A stretch of 63,074 nt of DNA, filler included, from Choristocarpus tenellus KU-1152 (lineage: Eukaryota > Protista > Phaeophyceae): assembly GCA_964200185.2 (NCBI GenBank). It is 10 parts of 10 records of this genome, joined end to end, with 100 filler letters (N's around TTAATTAATTAA, not from the genome) between each part and the next. Parts side by side here need not be neighbours in the genome. Positions count along the whole stretch, not along the records: positions 1 to 10,309 come from CAXNAD020002997.1; 9 more parts are not named here. The stretch is one strand, 5' to 3'. The notes beneath the pieces are model-generated. The model was not told where the DNA came from, searched no databases, and was given only the letters and a program-made list of their open reading frames with translations. Positions 1 to 10,409 of the stretch are shown here, one piece after another (position 1 is the first letter of the stretch; every line of letters begins with the position of its first letter). Position numbers and translations under genes: made by a program.

Positions 1-219
1 TCAACATTTTGCCTCCTGCAACCTGCCACTGGGCACCTGTTGGATAGGGCCTCCTCTCTCCCTAGGGATCTGTGACATACATATCATATGTCCTGTATCA
101 TCATAGTATCCATTGATTTGAGTGTGTTGAAAGCATGTTTGCCCGTTGTGATACCGTTATTGCCGTATGTCAAATATCGTTATACCGTTGTACCGATTGG
201 GGTCCCCAGTCAAGCATCC

Positions 220-1250
220 ATGATTCCGCTTCAGGATCCTCTGTCAGTATGGAACCATGGAATATTTTCACGTGACCAATCACACAGACTTGGGACAGTT
301 TGTCATTCAGAGTTGTCACATATGGAAGATCCACTTTGTTCTCACGCCTTGACTTGAGGTTGATGAAGCCCATCTTTGATGATGCTCATCACTCCTAAGT
401 TTGCACTTCTCCAACCTTAACCTCGTACCCTTGGTTATGGTTCGTCTTTGTTCGTCTGGTCCGTTTTGCCCGGGGATTCTCTTCACCACCCTTGCCTGAG
501 TGAACTACGCCGTCACAAAATCGCATGATTCACATTGGCAACACCGGTGACCTCAGAAACAGGGTGATGGGGAATATCTGTTGACCACACACGAAAGATG
601 CCGAACTCAAGATCGAGGCGAAAACGTCATGCACAGGAGCGCATAACTCCAGATCTGGAATCATCCAGAACACCAGAAGAGGAGGGAGGTTCAAGGTCAC
701 GAGTCTACGGAAGACATGGAGTCTTCAACCCATGTCGACTTTGACTCGTCTAGTGGCAACTCTACGTCATCCAGTGACCGAACACTTGCTCAACGTAGAT
801 GCGGTTCCCTCCCTTCCCCTCTTACAGATCGTCAGGCTCATGCCAGACCCGTGTCGTCGACCCTTCAGCATCGTGTTAGCTCAGGTGACCGTGACACTCG
901 TCGGGTCTTGTTTCAGGAAGAGCCGGTCCCACCTCCAAATTCAACTACTTTTGAGGTGGTCACTTTGCAGGCCATGTTTGGTGATGTTGTACCAGCGTTC
1001 ATCGCGCACCATGTCAACGAGCGCGCAAGAACAAACACCGTACCTCCTGAATGGCTTCAGGACCTGCTGAAACTTCAAGTTTGGGGAACGGGCACAGATC
1101 ACGTCTCCCAGACAGAATTCGTGCAGTTACAACGCGAATGCGAACGGCTACGTTCGGAGGTGGGACGTGTCCGAGCGGGGGAGGCACCCCTCAACAAGGT
1201 CCCAGCTCGGTTATTTTTATTTTTTTCACCTGGTCCGGTGGTCTCCTAGA
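220..1250. mobile_element. Dispersed repeat with coding remnants, probably retroelement-internal; homologous to ~18250-19400
   Basis: The + ORF 716-1249 FEVVTLQAMFGDVVPAFIAHHVNERARTNTVPPEWLQDLLKLQ matches LEVATLQAQLGNAIPVFIAHNVNECAIINAVPPE*LQDLFKLQ at ~19270-19400. DNA 391-540 aligns with 18465-18610. Confidence 0.6.
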
Positions 1251-1716
1251 ATGGTTCTGGATCACCTTCGTCGTCGGCTGAACTTCCTCCTGCTTGGCCT
1301 TGTCGTCTCCGTGGGTGTGGTGGCACCTGTGACTCCGAGGGAACCATCATTTTTCAATAGTTTTACAATGAGTGGTCTTTGAAAGCCACATCATCCACCT
1401 ATAGTAGTAAACGAGTGGTTTCTGACCGCCACGGCATAGACGTTGCCTAGGTGGTTCTTCCTCGCCATTCGTACACTCACATTCCCAATCTGCTTTTTGT
1501 GTGTCACGGTGTTCTTTTACTTCACAGGTTCCGCTGGGGATCAGTAATTTGGAGAGGTTCCAGCCCAGGGCCAGACGTTGCGAGAATTCCTGTAACAGTC
1601 GTGACGGCTCAACGCTTTTATGCATCGCGTCCATGCATCAATAACTCAACCCCTTTCCACAGTCTAAAAGAAACGAGGAGATATGTTGACCATTTTTGGA
1701 ATCCATAGGTTTAGTT

Positions 1717-1857
1717 GGAACTGGAGTTCCCATGTTGGAAACAACTGGCAGAGTCGAACAGAGTCCGAACTGGAGTCCCTATGTTGGAAACAACTGGCAG
1801 AGTGGGAACAGAGTCGGAACTGGAGTCCCTAGATTGCAAAAAAACTGGCAGAATCGG
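1717..1857. repeat. Tandem repeat, ~49-50 bp x ~3
   Basis: GAACTGGAGT(T/C)CC..TGTTGGAAACAACTGGCAGAGT recurs at ~1718, 1767 and 1817. Confidence 0.85.
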
Positions 1858-2439
1858 TGCTTAATCAACTGGTGTCATACCTTACTTCAACCACACTAAC
1901 TTCACACCAACCCCTTGCTACCGCCCCAACTATGCGGCCAATCCATATATCCACTCGCCAAACCAATGTGGTCACTTTCGGCGTATACACTCACCATATG
2001 GCAATGGGTTACTTTCTGGGTGTCCACATACAAACTAATGTGACTACTTTTGGCGTAAACACTCACACCAATCCTCCGAAAACGTTCCACCTCCGTTCAC
2101 AACACTCCACACTCCTTCACAGTACTGCTGAGATTAGCCAGAGGATTCAGAAAACTTGGAGAGTCAAAGTAAATGATAGGTACAGAGAGTTACACTTTAA
2201 GGATACTGGCAAAAATGTGCAAAACGCGATGTTCTTTACAAATGCGCATAGGACATTTACCAAAGTGCGTCGAAAGGTTTCAGATAACAAACAAATCAAC
2301 CCTCCCAAGTCAAACTTAGCACTTCATCCATAGAAATATGGGTGGATTGCAAAAGATTGAAATACTGGCTTATATTTACGATGGTCAAAAATCTGTGTAC
2401 CTCTCCTTTACCTTGATTCGGAGTTGTTTTCACAATATA

Positions 2440-3250
2440 CAGCCTAGTTATTTTATGACAGGACCTCAGGTGTCTCACTTGAGCTTAAGATTCGAATGCT
2501 CAAAGCTAAGTACTTTAAGTTCTGTTACATGGTTGTATGATGTGGGCATGTGACTCCACCAGGTTAATGTGAAGCTCTGCTACCACTACCACAATTTCCT
2601 GCTGCATTGCATTTGTTTCCACAGACAGGAATGCACTGATCATCGTGTCCTCTCCTACAAAGATCCTCTTATGAAGACTGCGTGTGAGAGTACTGAGGCA
2701 ACAATGCGCAAGAGGATGCTCCTGCTTGCTGGATCAGTTGCTCGCATGAGGGATAAGTAAATTCCAAGATATTGATGCTTGGGGAGCTTGTGGACGGAAA
2801 ATGGAATCAAGGTGGATAGGAGAAGAACTGGTGGACACGTCTCCAAGAAGCGACTTGACAAGTTTGGGATTGGAGTTGAGGGTTGGACCACGAATGTCAC
2901 TAACCAATAGGAGTGGTATGAGGTGTGACTGATAGTATAACGAGGTCCATGGCTGAATTGAATTTCAAGGAAGTTGTAGTGGACGATGTAAGTCACACCC
3001 TAGCAGCAACTAAGGTCGCCCAAGCTGCCAACACCACCACCGTCACTGCCTGCTGAATATTGTTTTATTGTGGACTTACTCTCTTGCATCCTTTACTCAT
3101 GTTTTTTTTTCTTTTCCCCTTAACATTTTTGTGATGAGAGTTTTTCTCTTCGCATGTTTTATTCTTCCTTTTCATTTTCCTTCTTCTCTTATTTTTTTTC
3201 ACCTTTAATCTGGGCCTTTGTTTTCCTTTTATGGTCCTTGTTGCTTTTTC
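2440..3250 (+). mobile_element. RTE-clade LINE, degenerate 3' end of ORF2 plus T-rich 3' region
   Basis: Translates across stops and frameshifts as LKIRMLKA...HNFLLHCICFHRQECTDHRVLSYKDPLMKTACESTEATMRKRMLLLAGSVARM..., typical of the RTE C-terminus. A T-rich tract follows at ~3060-3250. Confidence 0.75.
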
Positions 3251-3308
3251 TCAAGCAAGCAGTGTAAAATTGCCTCCTTTGGACTACTTTTCGACCACGG
3301 CTCTGGGA

Positions 3309-3615
3309 TCCTCGCACCAATGTGAGTATAATAATAATGCTTCAAAGTATATAAAAATAACATTCCTCCACAACACTCCCATTCATCCAAGAACACATCG
3401 CAATAATCCAGACACTCTACCTTTACCCACTCTCATACCGTGCCTTTGAACTAGAAGATATCAATAACTCAAGCGAAATCGATCTCCTTCCCCCAACATC
3501 CCACTCAATCGTAAGAAATGAAGAGAGTGAGTGGGTGGGAAAGATTGCTCGGTAGTTGACTTGAGCCTGCCCGCCTAGTCCTTCCAAATAAACTTTGACT
3601 CTATCCTTTTATCTG
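3309..3615 (-). mobile_element. LTR-like segment with putative primer-binding site
   Basis: The minus strand reads ...CTCACA-T-TGGTGCGAGGA (LTR end CA, then a TGG PBS at 3319-3309). 3360-3610 is homologous in inverted orientation to ~4960-5220. Confidence 0.45.
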
Positions 3616-4719
3616 TCATTCTCACCTCTCAGCGCCACTCATCTTGTTAGCTTTTCGATTACCAGATTTGATATTGAGTCACTATCCAATATTTAAACTT
3701 TTGTCCAACCTCCCTAAATTCTTCTTTTCCTCCTTCCTAACGTTGGTTGGTTTACTCGTATACCACGAGCGGATTTTACGAGAAAAAGACTCTGGATACA
3801 TCGAGTCAAAGAAAACAAGAGGTACCCAGGTTTTGGCATTTTGCGTTTTAGACCACCTTTTGCATCCTGTACAATCACCTTTATTTCTATGGATGAAGTG
3901 CTAAGATTGACTTGAGAGCGTTGATTTCTCCGTTGAAAATTTTCGACAGAATGAAGAATATTCTCCACACACATTTTTCCCGTATTTTTGACTGCATGCA
4001 TACACTCCCCTCCACGACAACACCAACAGAGTCTGTATTCCTTAAAGGAAAATTCTTTGTTTGGATACATCAACAAGAGTTGCCCTATATAGGGAAAGTT
4101 TATGAAGTAACCTTAGTTTTGCGGGTGCCAGAATTCTGGTAGGGCTGACGTAGAGCGAAGGGAGGGTGACTAGGGACAGAAAAATATCAAAGGGTGGACA
4201 AAGAGTGAAGTAATGAGTCGCTAGGAGGCAGAAGAGGTGGGAGAGTGTTGAAATATTCCACACTGGACCCACGGTTGTGTGCCTTGGTAGAGGACAATAA
4301 ATGGCTTGGTATAGATATATAATATTAATGTTACTAGAGGCTTATGCTCTCGATTCCACCGACTGAACTTATGGGGTGAGACAGGTCCAGAATACCATGT
4401 GGGATTTGTAACGTCCACATGGATAATCAAAAAAGAATACTATCTACGTATTATATATATACCATACATGATATATCAACGGATAATCTAATATCAGGTC
4501 CCTACTATACATTATCCACTTATTTACTTGTCTTCAGTATATAGCAAGCATATCTTGAACATGACACAAATCAATGAGCACTAGTGAGCCAATACAAATC
4601 GGATATCTATCACTGCCTCTTCATCCTATTATCTAATCCACTGGTGGTGTCTATAGTGTAGCAGTAGGACTATCCACGAACAGCGAGAAGTTAAAATAAA
4701 TGAGTGGGAGGTGGAAACA

Positions 4720-4954
4720 GAGTGAAAGTATCTTCGAGGCTAGATGCGTCCGTTTGGGGGCTGAGCTCCAATGTTGCGATTTTGATGCGATCTTGGCTAT
4801 CGTATTTGTTAGGAAGTGTCAATATCCTTGTTCCGGATATGCACATGATACCTACTCCAAAAACGTATACATTTTACCTACTCCAAAAGTTTGGAAGTCA
4901 AGTCCCAAACGGATAAACAGGGCAAAACTCGTACCCTCTAAGATACTTAAACTC
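4720..4954 (+). mobile_element. MITE family 1 copy (internally rearranged), TSD AACA
   Basis: Termini GAGTGAAAGTATCTT...AAGATACTTAAACTC; AACA on both flanks. Confidence 0.85.
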
Positions 4955-5379
4955 AACATGAGGTAGGAAGGAAAGGTCAGAACGTAAGGAAATCGCGAGG
5001 CTGGGGGTGCGGGACAAGTAGGGCTAGAACAAGACAACCTCTGAGCAATCTCTCCCACCCACCCACCCTTTCACTTGCTCACGACCGACTAGAATGTTAG
5101 GTAGGAGGGGAGAAGGTCAAGTTTGGGCAGGGTAGATGTCTTCTAGTCAAAAGGCACGATATGTGTAATGGATGATGAAGGGGTGTTCTTGGATGATTGT
5201 GGAGTGGTGTTGAGTGATGAGGGGGAGTGGAAAGTGGGGGAAAGTGTTGGGGAGTTGAGTGGTGTTGAATGGTGTTGGGAAGCGGAAAATGGGAGAAAGT
5301 CTTATGGGGAGGAGTAGTGGTGTTTAATGGTGTGGTGGAATGGTGAGTGATGTGGGGTTGAGTGGGGTCAAAGGTTGAA

Positions 5380-5870
5380 GTGGTGACTGGAAATCAATGG
5401 CAAAGGGGTCGCACAGGTTGGTCATCGGATGTACAAGTGGGGAGTGACTGGAAATCAGTTGCGAAGGGGGTTTGTACTGGTTGGTCATCAGAGGTGGACG
5501 GTGGCTGGAAATCAGTTACGAAAGGGGTTCGCATTGGTTGGTCACCGCATGGGGTTGGTGACTGGAAATCAGTGGCGCGAGGGGGTCGAATTGGTTGGTC
5601 GTCACTGGGGGGGGTTACTGGAAATCAGTGGCGAAAGGGTTGGTCATCAGATGGGGTTGGTGACTGGAAATCAGTGGTGAAGGGGTCGCACTGGTTGGTC
5701 GTCAGAGGTGGCTGGTGACGGTAAATTAGTGGTGAAGGGCATTTGCACTGGTCGGTCATCAGAGGTGGGCGGTGGCTGAAAGTGAGTGGCAAAAAAAGGG
5801 TTCGCATTGGTTGGCCATCGGATGGCGGGGTGACTGGAAATCAGTGGCGAAAGGGATTCGCACTTGTTGA
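5380..5870. repeat. Minisatellite, ~55-60 bp unit x ~9, inside an LTR-like region
   Basis: Recurrent GGTGACTGGAAATCAGTGGCGAAAGGGGTTCGCATTGGTTGGTCATCAGA variants. Confidence 0.9.
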
Positions 5871-6429
5871 TCACAAGCAGGGGTTCAATGGGGAGGAGGA
5901 GAATGGGTGGAATGCAAACATAGAATAAATAATGATCCAGAATTCGTGAGCAAAGCAAAGTATATATATATATATATATATATATTGTACTTTGTGGTAA
6001 TAAATAGTGTATTTAAGAATAGAAGACACGAGACCTCTTACTGAGACGGCTATAGTAATGGCTGAAACTACTCCTAAATTGGTGTTATTAAGGTGTTCAG
6101 AAACAAGGGAAGAGTATCGGATGTCTGTCAAGTCCCGTTTGTCCACCAACCTGGTGTCTTCAGCTTGAAGTGCACGACACTCCTTGAGATTACTGCTTGA
6201 ACTGTGAGTGACACAATTTGTTGCAGGCGTATCTTCCCCGCTCCCTACCTACTAAAAACCTCAGCCCCCCTACCACCCACTACATGATTCGCCAGCTTCA
6301 TTCAGGAATTGCCCTGTCTGTCTGTCTAGACACCCAAAGGTTTCCACAATGAATGGGTTGAGGATGTTGTGAATTATTGGTGAGGATTGAATCAAATACT
6401 ATACGAAAGGGCCCTCCGTTTAGACCCCA

Positions 6430-6830
6430 GAGTGAAAGTATCTTAGAGGGTACGAGTTTTGCCCTGTTTTTATAATAACAAAACTAATAAAAATAACAAA
6501 AATAAATAAATAATAATATTAATAATAATAATACCCATTGTACAAAAAAAAAGGGGCACAGAGCAGTTACTCCTCACAAACACAGCTCACCTCCACCACC
6601 TTCACTATGGAACCGGTCTCCAGCATGCCACTTCCCATGGATTCTTTTATGACACTTTCCTACTCCAATATTTTCGGAGTAGGAAAAGTGTATACGTTAT
6701 GAAAAGGTGTGTCCAGAACATGGATATTGATACTTCCTAACAAACACCATAGCCAAATTACATAAAAATCGCAACATTGAATTTTGGTCCCTAAATGGAC
6801 TTGGCTCTACCCTCTAAGATACTTTGGCTC
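6430..6830 (-). mobile_element. MITE family 1 copy carrying a ~160-bp insertion (~6470-6630)
   Basis: Both TIRs are present (GAGTGAAAGTATCTTAGAGGGTA / TACCCTCTAAGATACTTTGGCTC), with flanks CCCA/CCCG. The insert has an AT-rich (TAA) tail. Confidence 0.85.
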
Positions 6831-7071
6831 CCCGCGTAGATTTGTGTTTGACGGATTGCGTTGAAAAAAATGTCCAACAGGGTCTAAATTTCCAAGGAAT
6901 CCAATGGTGACCATCCCCCACTCTGATTTGTTCTGTGGGAGGATATTATTTTAATTTGCGAGTGTAAAAATATTATAACATTTGGCAGAGTAGTTTTAGT
7001 GAGTATACGCATTGTCACAGGTGGTTGTTCTGCCCTGTTATAATACTACAGTCCGTTAGTTTACTGCAAAT

Positions 7072-7326
7072 GAGCCAAAGTATTTAGAGGGCAGAGTCGC
7101 CTCCATTTGAGGTCAAAATCCAATGTTGCGATTTCAATGCAATTTTGGCTATCGTGTTTGTTAGGAAGTGTCAATATCCTTGTTCCGGACACACCTTTTC
7201 ATAACGTATACATTTCATCTACTCCGAAATATTTTGGAGGAGGAAGATGTCATGAAAACCCCGAGGTAAGCCAAGTCCCAAATGGACAAAGAGGCAAAAC
7301 TCTTAGCCTCTAAGATACTTTCACTC
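7072..7326 (+). mobile_element. MITE family 1 copy, TSD AAAT
   Basis: GAGCCAAAGTATTTAGAGGG...CTAAGATACTTTCACTC with AAAT on both sides. Confidence 0.9.
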
Positions 7327-8289
7327 AAATATTATTATTAGGCTCACTCATAATTTGCAGATGCTACCATAGAGGGAGCAAGAAGAAGCACGAATGCAAA
7401 TAATACAATGCAATAACAACAGTTTGCTCTTACAATGGCAGTAAATATAATGCAATTCAAAACTAGAAATGGATAGCCTGCGCAGATGTGGGTTCTTCAT
7501 CTCCATAGATGGACACACACAAAATCAGATAATAAACAACACAGCAAGACTCCTCTATTTCTATGTTATTGGTTCAATCCTCAGGTTTAATGCCTGAGTC
7601 AGATCATAGCAAAGAGGTATACAAATTGGTAGGGGCTACTACCAACCCTCGCTTTGTTATGGAAACAATAGTTCGATGTGGAGAGAGGGGGCAAGGACAT
7701 TGGAGTTGAAGGGCCGATACATGGTTTTGAATCAGATATAGTGAGTTACACCATGGATAGTGAATGTACCTGTGTGTGTATTGTATTTTGAAGAGGTTGG
7801 TTGGGTCCATGGATACAATTCATAGATAGGCTAACATTTATTTACAGGGTTGAATGATTGGTTAGTAAAGAGAAATATTGGTATGTACACAAAAAATTGA
7901 TCAGGTGAGAATTTTACGCTGTCAAATATGAAGGTAGGTTCGGTTGTCATCCTTGTAATGTGTGTTGTTGATATAGTGTTGCTGATGAAATCAGCGATCT
8001 TCTGTTGGTGTGTTGTGAGACCGGAGTGAAGCGTTTAAGTTGCACAAGACAGCCTTTTTTGGGGGTGGGATGGAGCGGTGCTGGAGTTTTTGCAACACAG
8101 CTGTTAGACTTGCGATTATATGGACCACCAATGTCCCTGGCTGGCTGGCTGGCCTTGGGTTGACTGTCTTAGTTGTGGCTGTACTCTCAATCGCAAAACA
8201 GCAATCTGCGATGTCTCTTTCTTGCTGTTTCTTGTCTATATTATTATTTTCTTTTAAAAATCGCATTAGTCTGATTCTATGTATATGAA

Positions 8290-8780
8290 GCTTATTGTCT
8301 TATCAACCACGCACTTGTTACACATATCAGTTTTGGTTGTTTGCCCCTGTTCTCTGTCCTTCAACCGGATTTCTCAAGGTCGTCTTGCAGGCACATACAT
8401 CCATCAGTTCTTCTCTTGTCCACTTTGCTTCATATTCCAGCTTCAAGATCCCCAAATACCAATGCCTCTGACCTAACTCACCCCCCATGCGTGCAAGTGA
8501 TCCTGCAAAGAGTAGTCTATATTTTCTCAGTCACCTCAATATTCTTACACCTAGCCTTCACACCAGAGATCTTGCACTGTTTGCGGAAAGTGAGTGATCA
8601 GTGCATTTCTGTTCACAAAATCCGATGCAGCATAGGAGGGATTTGTGGTGGTAAGACTGAAGCCTCATAGAACAGTGGACCTGTTATGGAGTATCCAAGT
8701 AACACAGCCATAAATAGAACCAGCACAAGATTTGAGGGAGTTGACAAGCAGTGGGGTGGCTGAACCCAATGTGTGAGAAG
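8290..8780 (-). mobile_element. RTE-clade LINE degenerate 3' ORF2 fragment
   Basis: The minus strand encodes LLFAGSLARMG and EALVFGDLEAG...CLQDDLEKSG, the same motif set as 2440-3000. Confidence 0.65.
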
Positions 8781-8813
8781 CAAGGCACGAACATAGGTAA
8801 AACAATGAGTGGT

Positions 8814-9060
8814 GAGCCAAATTATTTTAGAGGGTAGAGCCGCATCCATTTGGGGACCAAAATCCAATGTTGCAATTTTGATTTTCATGTTTGTTAGAAG
8901 ATATCAAGATCCTTTTCTGGATACTCCTTTTCATAACATACACATTTTACCTACTCTGAAACATTTTGGAGTAGGTAAAATGTCAATAAAAAGCCATGGG
9001 AAGCCAAGTCCCACATGGACAAACAGGGCAAAATTCGTAGCCTCTAATATACTTTCACTC
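8814..9060 (+). mobile_element. MITE family 1 copy
   Basis: Both TIRs present; flanks GGT/GGC (imperfect). Confidence 0.88.
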
Positions 9061-9087
9061 GGCAATAGCACAACAGCTAGGTACAGT

Positions 9088-9338
9088 GAACCAAAGTATC
9101 TCAGAGGGTAGAGCCGGGTCCATTTGGGGGTCAAACTCCAAGGCCGCAATTTGGATGTAATTTTGGCTATCGTGTTCGTTAGGAAGTGTCAGACACACCT
9201 TTTCACAACATACACGTTTTACCCACTCATAAACATTTTGGAGTAGGAAAATGTCATATAAAACCGCATGGGAAGCGAAGCCCCAAATGGACAAGCGGGG
9301 CAAAACTCATACCCTCTCTTAATAAGATACTTTCACTC
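9088..9338 (+). mobile_element. MITE family 1 copy, TSD AGT
   Basis: GAACCAAAGTATCTCAGAGGG...AGATACTTTCACTC with AGT on both sides; only 27 bp from the previous copy. Confidence 0.88.
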
Positions 9339-9830
9339 AGTAGGTATGCAATGTACCATGTAGTAAAGTGTGGAGTGGTGTAGCACGTCTGACAAAAAGG
9401 GTAAGAATAATCCACAGCCTAATAAGGCTGTGCCAAGGTTAAGATAGTAAAAACCTGGTTGAGGTCGCTATTGCCTCCTACATAACTTGAGGGCGAACTG
9501 CATGGTATCTTCACTTTTCCAACCCAGACACATGCACCGTTTGGAGGCACTTGCCTTTCCTTACACCAGATACAGCATTCAGGGCAGGCAAGCACACCAT
9601 TTAGGATGTTTTGGCTTAGTTTGCACTTAGTAACCTCAGTGACTGATGTTCATTAGCAGTAGGACATAGTTTGCCTCTGTTTTCACACTAATCGATTACA
9701 GTACGATGAAGAACTTCTCATTGTGCAGAGATGAGCATTTGTAGAAACTTGTCACAGTGAAAAAATATTAGGCAACCTACTTCCTGCGACTTGATATTGG
9801 ACATTACTAGGAAGCTCGAGGACTATGTAG

Positions 9831-10215
9831 GCGTTTGGGGGCAAGGATTTGCCTCCATGGCACTTCCGACACATTGAAAATATTTGTGATGGGAGGTGCT
9901 GGACCCACATTCTGAACAACACAATGAGAGAGATCGAGGTGGGAGTGCGATGTGCACTCCATCCATGTTGCTGTGTTCATTTTTGTTCTCCAGACAAACA
10001 AATGAAAAAAATGACCCTTGCACCCTGTTGTAATTGTTTCTTTGCGCTTTACAAACAGAACAAGACACTCAGATGAAGATGCTGTGACAATGCTGTCGAG
10101 TGATAGCCCTGTTGCATACTCCTCTTACTCAATTGCAACAACCATAATTGGCTACTGCTGACATTCATTGTCAGGATGAGGTACTGCTGGACGCAATGCT
10201 GTGTGTGGGTATCAG
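9831..10215 (+). CDS. Two candidate exons (9831-9938, 10175-10215) of an unidentified gene
   Basis: AG/GT-bounded, phase-compatible: AFGGKDLPPWHFRHIENICDGRCWTHILNNTMREIE-DEVLLDAMLCVGIR. No family recognised. Confidence 0.4.
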
Positions 10216-10309
10216 GTGGGGCTGCTCCGGGGCAAGAGAGGAGGGAAACTCTGTTAGGTAGAACTGACTGTGCTCCAGGTACCCAGGAAGGAAAAGAATG
10301 GTGAGGGGG

Positions 10310-10409
10310 NNNNNNNNNNNNNNNNNNNNNNNNNNNNNNNNNNNNNNNNNNNNTTAATTAATTAANNNNNNNNNNNNNNNNNNNNNNNNNNNNNNNNNNN
10401 NNNNNNNNN
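10310..10409. other. Artificial contig linker N44-TTAATTAATTAA-N44; also at 13588-13687, 19724-19823, 30509-30608, 43902-44001, 49533-49632, 53421-53520, 56264-56363, 59030-59129
   Basis: Nine identical 100-bp blocks with a six-frame-stop core; the flanks on either side are unrelated. Confidence 0.98.

Noticed and set aside
4700-4966. Recurrent small ORF family (…[20 protein letters not shown]…)
   Set aside because: These are chance frames in MITE copies; starts, stops and frames are not conserved.
5380-5870. CRISPR-like array (GGTGACTGGAAATCAGT repeats)
   Set aside because: The intervening sequences are similar to each other, the repeats are degenerate, there are no cas genes and the context is eukaryotic. 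It is a minisatellite.
10354-10365. Repeated TTAATTAATTAA palindrome as a biological site, or gene neighbourhoods across it
   Set aside because: It is an artificial linker, so adjacency between contigs carries no biological meaning.
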